Source: Catajapyx aquilonaris (taxonomy: Eukaryota). Taken from it: DNA of 34,367 nt. The translations under genes were made by a program, and so were the position numbers. The stretch covers positions 62,001-96,367 of the forward strand of contig KZ538230.1 of the NCBI GenBank assembly GCA_000934665.2, in the 5' to 3' direction. The notes under the pieces were generated by a model. That model was given only the letters and a program-made list of their open reading frames with translations. It ran no database searches and was not told the DNA's origin. This document shows, piece by piece, positions 1 to 14,300 of this stretch (the stretch's first letter is position 1; each line of letters opens with the position of its first letter).

Positions 1-3000
1 ATTGAAACGGATAATACCAGTGTAATGCAAATCCCAGGCGTTCCCCGTCGTGATCATTGAAGTTTATAAAGCACAGCCAACAATTAGGACCGGTTTTATC
101 AATTGCAAAGAAAATCAAATAATGTATCCTCAATACATGTGTTATACTATGTGAAAAAAATTGCCAGGTGCATCCTGGCTCTACAGACACAACCATCAGT
201 TTTTTTCTCTCTCTTATTTCAGATACTATATCTCGAAAGAGTGCTGATGGTTGCATACGGCCAGGATGTCCGGCCGTCACAAATAGATACAGTAAAGTAC
301 TGTACATAATTAGGGATTTTACCAAATATGCATCGATGCAACCTGAATGAAACTGGAAAATCTAATACATAGATGATCTAATACAGAGCAGCACAGGACC
401 GGAGAACACCGAACGTGTCCCTGAACAATAACCGAGATAAAGTGCGTGCATCTCCCCTGGCCATAGACTGGATGTCCCGCATCATCACCGGCATCATCGT
501 CAGTGCTGATCATCAGAGAGAGCAATGTCCTCCACCATCATCAACAGCAGCCCATATAGTGGTCGGTGCAAAGAGATGGAGCAAGGCGCCGGGTGCTCCT
601 CGCTTTTCGACACAAAAGGGCGTGCTGGAGATGCAGCTTCCGATTGCATTGTGTCCTATTCAAGCTCGCCCACTTGCTTGCCCCCGACCAAATACCGCTT
701 CCCTTTACTTTACATGACAAACATTTGCGGCTTATCACTTCGCCGCTTTTATGCCCTATCTCGTTTTTTTCTCGCCAGCCATGCACCCTGATGGCCGATG
801 GACACCTTTAATGCCCGTAAGTTTTTGAACCCCTAACGACCCATGAACAATTAACGGCCATTTATTCCCTTAGCGATGATCATCTGTCAGAATAATTGAC
901 CGGGCACAAAAGTGGCAATCGCGTGTTTGATCGATCGTATTATTAAGTGTCTGCATATTGGAATCACGGCATGGCGCAGCATAGCGCATTGTCGCTCTTG
1001 AGCAACAAAACCCTCAATCAATCAACACGGCATCGTAATACCTGCACCAAATATTCTCACATATGAAACTTGTCATTAGGGCAAAATTATTTATATTTTG
1101 CTCCTCCCAAATGTCCTCCTTCATAATTCTATCACATGCATTCAAAAAATTTCCACGTCACTTTCTGGCATGCAAAAGGCATGAGTCACACTCTAGTGAC
1201 CCACACCTCACCATTAATTGTTAGTATAACTCATTCCTTCCCCTTTCTGACCGCCGCCTTCTTTCTGCCCCTTCTCTTCCTGGCATCCTAATTATTACAG
1301 GTCCTCATTACCATTTGAAGCAGCTTCTCTCAGAATGAAGCTGCTGAGTCCCCACATCAACTCTCCTTCTCAACCCTTTTCGGCATGCACAAGAAAATGA
1401 ATAAAGACACCTTTTTCCAACGATTGACAGCACACGAATTCTTCTGCACCACCCCCATCTTACTGCAAGGTCATTCCCAGAAAGGTTAACACTTTTATCC
1501 TTACACCTTCGTAGACCTTTACCATATAAATATGCGCAACATGTGACATGATGGTAGACAAAAAAACAAGGTAGGAAAGAACTCAAAAGGCGAGCATATT
1601 CCCATGCCATGATTCAGACGATCAACGATGATGATCACGTGCTCAGGCGAAGAGTCAAGGGATAAAAGGGGTAAAAGGTAACAGGCCCTGGGATCAACAT
1701 GTCGTCAGGGTACGGGAACACTCTGGGGAATCTAATTATTTGAGGGGGGGTTGTCGGTGCTGGGTCATGAGGTGAGCGGATCAAGACTGGTGTCATCATT
1801 CGTCATCCTTAAAGCATAAATGCACCCTGCTGAGCCTGCCGTGTTAGGTGAGAGTGACGTTTGATTAACGCCTGAGCTGGCTCATCATAGTGGTGATCGG
1901 AATTTTGGGGGCACAGGGTGTTCCAAACATGAGGTTTAAAAAAAATGCGGTTATTGGATATGATTCCCTGGAGAAGTTCTGAAACTTGGATTCCCATCAA
2001 TGAGCAAAAAATGTTCAGATTTTTAAAGCGTTTCACTACAGAAGTAAAAATCAAGAATGTAAATGTACCGATCCTTCCCGATAGCAAACGTTGCTGGGAA
2101 ATTCCCATCCAGATGGGATTTTTGGGAGGGTCAAGGGACTATTCCAATTCCCAAAAAAAAGTCAGAATGAGTGAAACCTTTACCTTTTCGCCAACTGTCT
2201 GAATGGTAGCATCTGGCAAATTCCCATGGTCAATCCCTAAAATTCTTATACGTTTTCCGTTTTTCCCACAGACCCTTTTTGGACAGAAAATCTGACCCTC
2301 CTAAGGGATACCCTTCATAAAGCAGGTCACACTTTTTGCACCTCAGAAGGGGTTTGGATCCAACTTCCCTTTTTCCCCAACGCAACCATTTTCTGATGAC
2401 AACTTTGCACTTGCACCCTTCGAATCAGAGCATTATCCACTTGCACTTGTGGGGATGGATGGGGGCAAGAAAAGGAAAGGCATAAGGGTCTCCCTTGATC
2501 AAAAGGAAAGAACCCGCATGCAGGTTGGGGACCCCTCTTGATCCAGAAAACTGCCAGTGGTCGTCCTTCGGGTGTCTCACAAACTAAACCTCTGTCCATT
2601 GTGGTAAGGGATTTTCGGCTAGTCTGAACCGGGCCTCGATTAACGCGTATGGGGGTACAAAGGACATTTTTTTTTTACTACGCCTTCCTCAGTGGCGACA
2701 CATTTTTTGACGAGGAGACGGACCTATTTTTAGCGGCATTCGCTTCTCATGTCGGTATTGTGTATTGGATGAATATTGGGTTCACACTCTCACTGGTGTC
2801 GGATTGCGTTGGGGTGTTCGGATCAGTACTAATGTGTGTGACATGGAAGAGTGAGTGACACAAGAATGGGTGGAGGGCGGTAAAAAGTGATATTCGCACA
2901 ATTCCTGGGAATAAAAAAAAATTCTCCCTCGGGTTTTACAATCGTGAAAATGGGCGTAAAAAATGATGACAAGGTGAGTGGCTGATGTGAATGATTGATA

Positions 3001-5152
3001 TAATGATCACTTGAGAGACGTATGGTATTTCACACTGGTATCGATAACTTTTCTCTGTTGATAAAGTGGTCGTCATACGCGATAATACTACAATATTATG
3101 CCAAGAAATAAATAAATTACTGCAAAAAAAAATACGTATTTGGTCACCAACAGTCTATATCACGGTCTCTTCTATATTTTCTCTCCGTATACTATTCGTG
3201 CATAGAGCCTTTACTCTTATTTCATAATTAAAAACATTACATAAGAAAAGGAGGCAAAATCAGAAGCTTTTTCAACACATACAACTATAAATTGTCAGGG
3301 TCCTATTATGTGAAGTATGGGAGAGTCATATTCATCTCAAATGTTCAGGAGCCCGCCAAATGAATTTACCCCATATATCCCAGACTTAAATTAGAGACAG
3401 GGTGCGACATAACGTAGATCTACTGCATTCACCTCGTCTCTCACAGCAACAAGTTGAGTGGAGTGGCGATTGGTGGCAGCAGGTGACTGTCTAGCACCTT
3501 CCATAATACCCCACATTACTCCAGCTACTGGCAGCATGAAATGCCAAATCGCCAATATAAACCAACCGTTATCACTGCCACTCCTTTTGTTATTCAACGA
3601 TAATTTTATTATCATGCCTTGCAAATTTATTGCTCAGTTATCTGATAGACATAAGTTAAATGTCCGTTAGAGCTGCTTCCTTTATCATAATGCACCTACC
3701 TCCAAAAATACAGCCCCTTTTACAACAACTAAAAAAAAACACAACACTGAAAATATATTGCATAATTGAGAGATAAGCAATTCATATAGAACATATTTTT
3801 AAAAATTACCAGTACTGTTTATTAAGTCATTGTCATAGCAAAAATGCATATTTCATGGAAGAATTCATTGAATGCTTTACAATACACAAATTCACTTTTC
3901 ACAGCATAATCACATTATTAAATGCACAAAACATAACCATACACTTTCCTAGTCATTAGTTTTGTTTCGTCAATCCCTGCAACATACAAAGTACTAAAAT
4001 ATGGCCACAGTCCAGCAACAAAAGAGACAAAATACACATTAGCTTTATGCTAAAATGGCAAAATACATTTTTTTGTCACTAGGTCCTTAATATATTCGAC
4101 ACCTGTAAGTGTATATCATGTGAATGATTTATAACTAGGCCTATCCTTACCATTAATTTCGTCTGTGGGTATAAAATTGAAAACAAACAACTAATCACTA
4201 TCAGTGACATTCATACATCGAGATTCATAAGACCAACTTTCAGTTGTTCTTGCAGCAATAGTCCCTAAATTTGTGAACTGTCAAGATTGATGTTCCATCA
4301 ATTTGCAGATTAGTAAAAATATGGCCTTAAAAAGTGCATGCGTGGGAGTTCTCATACGGTCAGAATATTCTGCAATGTTATGCAGAAGAGAGATTATTCC
4401 GCCATACCAAGGAAAAGAAGCCAAACTAATAAAAACTAATAAGGACTAATAAGGTTGCCAAGCCAAGGGGTAAGGGAGCTTTCAGGTGACTTTCATCCTT
4501 ACCAGTTTCACAGATGGGGCTTTTATTCCTTGGGACAGCAGTATAGGCCAAGGTTACCATTAGCTGAACCAACATTATATGCAAAATGTTGGAGATAGCT
4601 TGGGCATTTTAAAAAAAACAAAAAACGATACTGTTGCAATTGGCACCAACTCCAGCAACATTCTAGTCTGTTACTTGCCAATAAACCCATTAAAGCAAAC
4701 AAATGTTTTCAGAAAATAATGCCTCATAAAGAGTTCTGTTGCTAAGAGCCAGTTGCACTGTTCCAGGTCAATACTGCCAGGAGCAAAAGGTATGTGCATA
4801 GTTACTAATATTACCCTTGAAATCTGGTTACTCCACACCAGCAGCACTCATCCCATGTGGCACACCCTAGCAACAAAAGCCATATATTTTTACTCATGAT
4901 GCCTGAGTTATTTTAGTTACAATGATGTGCATACCTTTTGCTTGTGATTATACTTGATACACACCTATCAAAAGTTTATCCTTATTTTTGTTCTGGAAGA
5001 CACCCCAAGTATGCCAGACATGGTGCAACAGGCCCTAAGCTTGCTAATGTACAAAGTATGCAATGTGCTGCACAATCTGCTTCCTATCAAGGACCTGCTG
5101 TGAGATGCACAAGTGATACTACATTAAGGAAAATTCAAATTACACTTGTATG

Positions 5153-5354
5153 CAGCGCCGGATTCCCCCCCCCCCCCNCGCTGCCCTTAGGCAGTTGAGA
5201 TCCCCCCTCCCCCAATGTTTCTTAAAAAATTCCATTTTTCTCCTGCGTTCTCGCCTTTGTTTCATTTTATTTAATAAGCTTGAGGTTGCCCCCAGAGGGC
5301 AACCACCACTAGGCAATTGCTCACCCACTCTGCCTATTGGGAAATCCGGCGCTG
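5153..5354. mobile_element. hAT-type MITE
   Basis: TIRs CAGCGCCGGATT...AATCCGGCGCTG with exact 8-bp TSD CTTGTATG (5145-5152, 5355-5362). Confidence 0.85.
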
Positions 5355-7796
5355 CTTGTATGGCACATAATTCTGAACTCATGAGTGCTGGATTAGCTCC
5401 ACAGGTCCTATTTGGCACTCCACCTGGTTCTGTATGGTACTACATGAACAAGTGTTTCTCAAAACAGCCTTCAAAATTGCATAACAGGCTACATTAGCCT
5501 CATTTGAAAAAGTACTGCCTAAGGACCTTTTTAAAGTAAATGTCATATAGCATGGAATCGAGGTTTTACCTTGCGTTAAAGTATTTTAATACACATCAAT
5601 GTTTTCAAAAATTTCACACTCCTGATTTCACATTAATGCCACAAGATATACATCCCTTTTAAACAAACAGGGTACTTTCATTGTTTGTCTTCTACAAAAT
5701 TAAGTCATGACGGCATGACATACTTGCACAAAAGTTGTGCATTCAGTCTCACAAGTCACAACTATACTGCATGCCCCAAATCAAATATTTTTACTTAGGG
5801 GAAAAGCCTCATCAGAACACAACTGGGTCATTTAGTGTAGTTTAGTGTCTTATAAGTGCTGCCTAATAACCCTTCAAGTTACTAACAAACCATGTGCACA
5901 TGGTGTCCCAAAGACTGCTAAAATCCTCATCTGTAGAAATGTTACAAACTGTTATCTTAACAGTTATCTGACTGACTGGCAGGAAGATGTAATGTTATAG
6001 CTGTGTGCACTTTCATAGGGTAATGCATGCATTACCAGTCGACTTCTCTGATGGGTGACTATGACTTATCCAGTAGTACGGTTTGGAGCTGACTTCTGGG
6101 GCTCCCTGCATATGCAAGCTAACAATAATACACCCTTGTTTGTGGTATGTTTCAGTCTAATTTAGTTGCACTGATGGTGAAGAACAAGGGTAAACCACGT
6201 GTGGTGAAAAGGACAGGCTGCATGGAGTCACACATTCTGATTAGGCACGTTATTTTCAATATGATGTTTCATGGCATGCCTTCAGAATGCATACTACCCA
6301 TGCTCTATCAGTCAGATAGTTCTTATTTAAGAAACTTAGAGCTGGTTGTATGAAAACAAATGAGAGAAACCTCAAATAATGTACACGTGTTCACATTACA
6401 CAATCCACGTAATAATTGGAGAACGCCTCCTTAATTTGAGTTGATACAAGTATCCCTTTGGTCTCAAGAGCATAAAGTATTTTTTTTCTGAATGTGGAAT
6501 GACGTATGTAAATAATTGCTATAAAACACATTCCAACCAATGGAAGTAAAGTGAGCATGGATGTTTGACAAGTGATCTAACAAAAACCTCAGAATATCTC
6601 TTTCTTGCACAGGATTATGATAACCAGCTTAATGTACTTTCATTATTAAGATTTAATTTTTGAAATTGAAATACCTTGCCTTTCATCAGGCTTCAGTTTG
6701 ATGCCAGTACAGTACTAATGTGAGAATATTTTCAAAAAGCAATCCTACGTAATTCCAGCTTTGGCTTTAAATGAGCAAAGTAACTGCTAGGTATGATTGA
6801 GAAAAGTGTATCCCGTGCCAAAAGTGAACTGTTGAGCATATGGAGCAGTGAGTATTCTGCATGAAATGATTTAGGCCGAATTCTTTTAAATTTCGCCAGA
6901 AGTTGTGTATATGGTAAAGTATGAGTTCTGCATTAAAGGTTTTTGTGTGCACATTTTTACCTAAAATGTATAAAAGTGGCAAAATGTTTCTGCCTGGACA
7001 CTCTTCAAATATTTGAGCCCAATAATATTGTGTTTGCTTAAGTAAAAATCACTACTTCCTTGCAATGGACCCTTCAACCAAAATGCAGTAAAGGTGGTAG
7101 AACATTACAGGTCCTGAATGAAGTTATTTTCCTAATATCAGTTGATGCAGCTGATGACTAAGATCATGAACTCATTTTCTGAAACAATCTAATACGAGAA
7201 AGACACATTGGATTTTAATTTTAATTTTTCAACAACAACCCTGCACCACACTAATTCAGATTTAATTTCATTGTATATGTTCCGAGTATATTTCGATGGA
7301 AGAAATGAATATTCCTTCAGGCATAGAAGGAACTACTGCTGCTCACTGTTTCCTTCAGTATTTGGTATATTTCCAGATAATTCCAGTCATTAGTGACATG
7401 AATTATGGAAAAAATTGTTACGTTGCGGCAACACACAGTGTGGTACATACTTAAATATACTCGGATGACAGTAGCTCACATTTGTAGACACTGATTTTCT
7501 AAGGCTTGAGAAATATCACTCAAGTTCCCTTCACCACCATGGCAATTGCTCATGCCAGACAATAAAACTTTCAGGTGCTTTTTCAATGCAATATTATCCG
7601 TAAATTAATCACTGATGCAAAAGCACATGATGAGGAATAGATGCTCTTCAGTGGCTTACTATTAATATCAAGTTTATCCATATTACCTCTCCTCGTTTCA
7701 GACATAGTCAACACCTTATTTGTATAGAAAGCAAGGTCTCATCTTCATGGCACCCACTCCAGTATTGGAATACACACTCTAGCAATAGTAAAACTT

Positions 7797-8363
7797 TCAG
7801 CAAGAATTGTGTAGTCCAATTCTCTTAAGAAAGGACTTAGCCCAAGTAGGATTGAGCTTGATGGGTCCCCCATAGTCCTCCAGCAAGGTTGGTTCATACT
7901 GCATGAGCACTTGCTTAGCTGTGGCAATTGCTAGGAAGCTGGATACTTTCTCTCCACCTCGGACCAGTTCCCGAATACAGTCCTGCACAATCTCATCATA
8001 TTTGCCAAGCCTCATAGGCCTTCCCCTCTGGGCAAACCCCAGTGTGGTCACCTCCTTCTCCCCACGCACAACCTTGATCAAATACTTGTCTTTCAGACCT
8101 CGAATAGTGCTCTCTGGAATCTCATACCCTAGTCGTTGCTTAAAATGCTGCATGGCCTTTTGATTACCATGCTCAGATGCATACTTGCCAATCTCTGCTC
8201 GGAGCTCAGGGCTGTATGTGGCATAGTTGCCACGCTTTTGTCCAGAGGAGGAGGAGGAGGAGGAGGAAGACTTCTTGCGGGGGCTTGAGCGCTTTGTGGA
8301 AGTCGGTGGAGGGAGGTCACTCTCTTCTTCTTCCTCCGCCAGAGGATCTGCCTCATCTGCCAC
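7797..8363 (-). CDS. Terminal exon: HTH repeat 4, RGRP linker and CENP-B/Tc5-like HTH
   Basis: KRGNYATYSPELRAEIGKYASEHGNQKAMQHF...ESTIRGLKDKY; RGRPMRLGKYDEIVQDCIRELVRGG...GGPIKLNPTWAKSFLKRIG; stop TGA. Acceptor tttttag. Confidence 0.9.
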   Translation of the reverse strand: MADEADPLAEEEEESDLPPPTSTKRSSPRKKSSSSSSSSSGQKRGNYATYSPELRAEIGKYASEHGNQKAMQHFKQRLGYEIPESTIRGLKDKYLIKVVRGEKEVTTLGFAQRGRPMRLGKYDEIVQDCIRELVRGGEKVSSFLAIATAKQVLMQYEPTLLEDYGGPIKLNPTWAKSFLKRIGLHNSC

Positions 8364-11300
8364 CTAAAAAAGACGAAACATTGGTATTTAAATCAGTACA
8401 AGAAATCCTTACAGAAGAGAAATGAACAGATCAATAAATCTTCAAATTAAGAGCGCGCTCTAGGCTACGCTATTCATTGTTGCGGGTAGCCCGTCGCGGG
8501 CCGGCCCGTGAGTTTGACACTTCTTCCTCTCGCTGTCACGGCCGCAAATATGGAGGTATCGGCATGAAACTGGAGTATATGGACGCGAAAGAGTTGCACT
8601 TTGAGATGGTGCGCTTATCTTTCTCCTGGGGCGATATTTGCGGCTGCCGCGGCCAGATACAGTTTTTTATTTTGACCCGCAATAACTTCTTTCCATGTCG
8701 GTACCAGTGAAATTCGAGAGCGTCACGACCTTTGTACGGCGAATTACCGTAAGTGTGTGAAAGGGCACGAGTGTGGCAGTCCTGGTTTGGCCAAACTTTG
8801 GTATCGAAAATACCCCCCTCCATGAACAGTAACAACTTGCACGAAGAAAGCAACGATCTGGCAGCGCCGCGCTGACTGCCAGTTCGGTAACCATGGCGAC
8901 GGCCGGATAAAGTAGAGCGCTAATAATTATTAAAACGATGTAAACAAGTCAAGGGTGGCACAGTTGGTAACGCTGTGTCTTAGCAGTCAGCGCGGCGCTG
9001 CCAGATCGTCGCTTTCTTCGTGCGAGTTGTTACTGTTCATGGAGGGGGGTATTTTCGATCCCAAAGTTTGGCCAAACCAAGACTGCCACACTCGTGCCCC
9101 TTCACACACTTACGGTAATTCGCCGTACAAAGGTCGTGACGCTCTCGAATTTCACTGGTACCGACATGGAAAGAAGTTATTGCGGGTCAAAATAAAAAAC
9201 TGTATCTGGCCGCGGCAGCAGCAAATATCGCCCCAGGAGAAAGATAAGCGCACCATCTCAAAGTGCAACTCTTTCGCGTCCAGATACTCCAGTTTCATGC
9301 CGATACCTCCATATTTGCGGCCGTGACAGCGAGAGGAAGAAGTGTCAAACTCACGGGCCGGCCCGCGACGGGCTACCCGCAACAATGAATAGCATAGCCT
9401 AGAGCGCGCTCTTAATAAGTTGCTACGAAGATGTAGGTCTTACTCTTCTATTTTGATAAAGCATCAAATTCGCATCAATTCATTATTGCCTTTGTCATAA
9501 TTTAATTTAATTTCTCGATCTTTTTGAATCTACATCTATACATATCTATAAGTGAGGATGTTTGTGAGTTTGTTTGTTTGTTTGCTATAGAAATCCAGGG
9601 GAAGGCCCCTACACCACCTTCAACTAGCATGTCGGGGGGTTACTTTTTTCGAGGAATTTAATGAATGACGCATGTTTCAGCTTCCGAAAATAAGCCTAAC
9701 TCCCACAATAAGCATATTCCCGATTCCTCTCCATACTCCATACAACGCATTTATTCAGGCGACAAGGGGGAGGGGAGAGATATTTTGAAGAAAAAAAAAT
9801 TAAAAATAAAGAGAGAAAAAACACAATTTTTCTGGGCCAAATCCATCCACATTCATTTTTTACACATCCTATCATAATTATTATGAGTCGACTCCCCTAA
9901 CCGAGGCATGACTGATAAGTTGAGATGTATATTTGTATTTGTGACTATGATATTGACGTGTTGTGTGTTGCTTGGCAAAGTGGACGTTGCCACAGGCCGA
10001 CCACATCAAATAAATAATGCAATTGACTGACTGACTGGCCACCTCAGACCTTTCCTCGACCTGACAACCCTTCCCCAGTTTCTTCATAAAATTACAAAAC
10101 TACAAAATTTAAATTTAAATGTTCCACCATGTAGCCTACAGTGCTTATGTAGATTTGAGTTGATTATCCCCCCCCTCTCCCCCCCATTTTCTTTCTTTGC
10201 CCTATTTTTTCTCCTTTTAAAATCTATTTTTGGTTTTATTTTCCTGACCTTCCCAAGACCCTTAACAACCTGCAAATGACCCTACCTTGCAAATTTTTCG
10301 CGAATTTTACAAACAAATTTCCTAATATGCATGTAGATACCCCTACCTTTACAACCAACACACACCCGGGCAATGCCGGGTCACCTGGTAGTATCACTAG
10401 CATTAAATTATTCATGCTGTCGCAACGTGAGATTCTAATTCATGTCTCATGCCACCCTTTTTGCATTCTCCCCAGATGACAACAAATAAATTTCTACTAG
10501 TCATCCAGTATGACCTTAAAGATAAAAATCTTCAAACCTCTTCTTCAGCTACAGTTGCGTCATCTACTTTGAGCTGCAAAACAAGCTTCACTTCCTCCTG
10601 CTGAATGGTTGGTGTAGATGCTGTTTCAGTTGGAGCCATGGTTGCAGTGGGAGATGTTGCCAGGGTTGCAGTGGGAGTGGTCACTGTTGCCATGGCCACT
10701 GTAGCCAGAGGTACACTTGCCAATGGCAGGGAGACTGGAGCTGAGATGGCTACAGTCGTTAAGGGAATCTGCGCAGTTGCCATAGTGACATCTTCCTGTG
10801 GTCTAGGGGTGTTCAGAGTGACACCTCCAGTAGGATCCGAGTCTCGTAGGATGCCAGGGTCAGCATTTAGTGATGGGCCAGCTGTTTCAAAGGTCAGGCT
10901 TGTCGATATGGGCTGGGTGAATGCATGATGGCAGGCAGGAGGTGGAGGCGGTGGAGGGGGAGGCGCCACTTGCACCACCATCTGGTGATGTTGATTGTGC
11001 ATAAGTGGTATGGACTGAGTCATTTGATGATGCTGGCCATAGTAGGGTTGTTGAAATGTGCCCTGGCTAGCAAATCCTTGGTTCATGACTACTGTTGGCT
11101 GTGGCTGGTATACTGGCTGTTGGAATACTGGCTGGTGTACAGGTATAGTGGAATATGCATTGCTGTAAACCATCTGTGGTGGCTGGGTGTTGTTCAGCAC
11201 ACTCAGAGAGGTGTGTAGGATATCTATAGTGCTAGTGGGGCACTCCTGCTGCTGTTGGTGTGCTGGCTGATGCTGCTCTTGTTGCTCCTGTTGCGAATCT

Positions 11301-14300
11301 TGGTACATCTTCTTGAACTTACGCACTGTACTCTCCTTTACCACAAACTGCAACTTCTCTGTATAATGCTGGATCGTGGCAGGAATCCCAAATTGGCAGG
11401 CATGTCTTCCCATCTCCTCTTTCAGCTGTGGGCTGTAGGTCTTTTTCTGCCGGGAATGACTTGCGAGGCCCACTCGGTTACGCTGTATGCGCTCTTCCTG
11501 CTTCCGTGCATCAGGAAACTTGCGCAAGTAATACTTTTTAAACTTACGTACCAGGCCCTTACGCACATCCCGACCCAGCTTTGCTCCAAAATGCTTAGAG
11601 GCAGCATCCACACCATATTGATAAGCAAACCTATCACAAAAGCAGAAATTTCCTGGCATTAACATCATGTTTTATGCAACCATAACATTCTGCAACTAAT
11701 ATTGACTTAAGGACCACAAACCTTCCAATCTCATCCTTGGTCTCTGGTGCAAAGGACCGATATAGTTTGACAAAGTTGCGCACAGTGCTCTCACTGACTT
11801 GCCCTCCCAAGCGATTGGTGAAGTGTCGCATGGCCTCCAAATTCCCATGCTCAATGGCATATTTGGCAATTTCATCTCGCATCTCAGGAGTGTATTTCTG
11901 ATACTTCCCACGTTTGGCCCGTTCTTCCTTGGTGGCAGCTAGGAGGGCCTTCACTGCTGCCACTGTGGCTGTTGTTAACTCTACTCTGTGGTTGTCTTGT
12001 GGGACTGCCTCTCGAGGACAAGCTTCTGACCATTCAGAGTGGGCTAGAGTCAGCAGGCGGTCTGAACCTTTAGAGGAAAAGGTTGATACATTAAAAAGAA
12101 TTTAAAAGAATACAGGAGGGAGTTGCTGATGCAAATGGAGGAATACCAGTGATCCCTCAAAACAACAGCATTAATGTAACAAGTTTGAACTATTAAGCAG
12201 GCAAACGTTATTGCCAAACATGTCCTAATTACAGTCATTAACAATCTCAAAAGATGTTGAATTAAATCACAAATCAAAACTTCATAAAATATGTTAGAAA
12301 ATATGCTAAAGTAAGTTGCTTGAGTAGAAACAAAGCTCACACACAATCTTGAGCAGCAATACTGTTACACTAATATACCAAACAGCCCTCTGGACTTGGA
12401 CTTGGCTGCAGCTGCCAAAGGACATGGGGCCAATCCTTATGTAAAAGTTGTGCCGTTGGATCTAGCTGAAACTTGGTCAGTTGATGGACCTTGACCTAAG
12501 GGTCAATTATTCCGAAGGACGAAGAAAATCTACCGTGCCGTTTGGTCGCTATAGTCGCTCAGAGTCTGACTTTTACAGACTTTCAGATGGTTCACATCGG
12601 GCTTATTCTCATGTATGTTGTAGAGTTTCATGAGCTGAGTCGAATGAGCCATGCGGCGATTTTCTGTGACATACCATTTGGCAGTAATTTATTGTTATGT
12701 CGCACTTACAATCCAGTACTGTACAGTAGATACAGTAGATAGAGTCGGTACAAGATCTGTTGTTGAACACGGTTACGCATCTAGCGGCCAAATGGTTTGT
12801 CACAGAAAATCGCAGCATGGCTCATTCGACTCAGCTCATTAAACTATACAACATACATGAGAATCAGCCCGATGTGACCCACCTGAAAGTCCGTAAAAGT
12901 CCGACTTTGAGCATCTCTAGCGGCCAAACGGCATGGTAGATTTTCTTCGTCCTTCAGAACAATTGACCCTTAGGTCAAGGTCCATGACCAAGTTTCAGCC
13001 AAATCCAATGGCGCAACTTTTACATAAGGATTGGCCCCATGTCCTTTAAAAGCATGATCACTAATTCATGTTTTTACTTGGCACTTTTAATGACATCCCT
13101 GGGCCAGGAAATGGAAAGATTATTATTATTACCAAATGCACCACTTAAATTCCTTTGATGAACCTTGCTAGACTGTCCCAAAATGTTGTTTTGAATTCAT
13201 CCTTAACATTGGCATATACTGCCTGTGGCATCATCATTTGATGTTAAGGGAGTGCAGGCTGAGTCTAGCTCTCATTCTAGTTGAGTTGGTTGAACAACTT
13301 CCTGACAGCATGAAGCACTCTACTGAAAGTCCAGCTCACTCTGCCTGCAGGCACATGTGCTTCGCAAAAAGGTTCAAATTGAATGTGACCTCACACAAGT
13401 AAAAGTCATTGCAATTCCTCTTATGTAGGTGGTCATGTAGAGGTTAATATTATTATATTAGTGCTTCAGCATCATTGGCAAGATTGGGTAGAAATTCACA
13501 CCTTCATAACTCATGAAATTCATGCAATGAGTGCATAATGATTCTGTCGTTGTGGAAACACTACTGGGGTAATTCTAACCTCTTCCAAAAGGCCTTCTCT
13601 TCTTCCGAGGCAATCTCTTAAGAACCTTCTTTTCCTTTTCAAGCACCACTGGCCTCAAAGGCTCCTCCCCTTCCAAAGTTCCTCTTCTGCGTGCTTCCTC
13701 AGTGTGCTTACGCTGATGGATGCGAAAGGATATCTTGGAAGTAAAAGTCTCATGGCAATGGCGACACTGAAATAATACAAATATAACACACAAATTAGTT
13801 TAAGTCCTTCTTTCGGGTACCAGTATATGATAAAATGAATGTACGAGACCACGAGTACTTTTGAGTATGGAATTGACCCTTTCTTAAATTTGTATTGCTC
13901 CTTAACCATTTTGCTGACACTTGAAATATACCAACCACTCTTCTTATTAGCTCATCTTATGTCAAGAAATAGCCGCAGATGACAACATCTATCGTCCAGT
14001 ATTGGCTGTTTCAAAAACCCAATAACATTAATGAGCCTTAGGACATAAATTCATATCCCAAACATCTCATTGTGAAAAGAAAACTTTTTAAAGCAGTTAT
14101 TATACAGTATAGGTTAGTTACTCAACTCGCTCTTTAGATCATGAATATATCTCAGCAACATGTTCCCAAACTATTTCAGTGGTAATTAGATCTGCACTCA
14201 CTATCTGAGACCATGGAGAGAAACTCATCAAAACTGCTCAGGCATGAACCAGCCAGCCTGCTGAAACTTGTAGCTGAAATTTGCCTAATTTGCAAGTTAT

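Noticed and set aside
100..2900. Short ORFs in the first 3 kb
   Set aside because: No recognisable domain or consistent exon chain; treated as non-coding or unidentified repeat.
8477..9385. Mirror-image ORF pairs (77 aa and 105/123 aa) on both strands
   Set aside because: By-products of the foldback MITE arms; no recognisable protein motifs.
10605..11662. Plus-strand ORFs of 97-135 aa
   Set aside because: Antisense shadows of the large coding exon.
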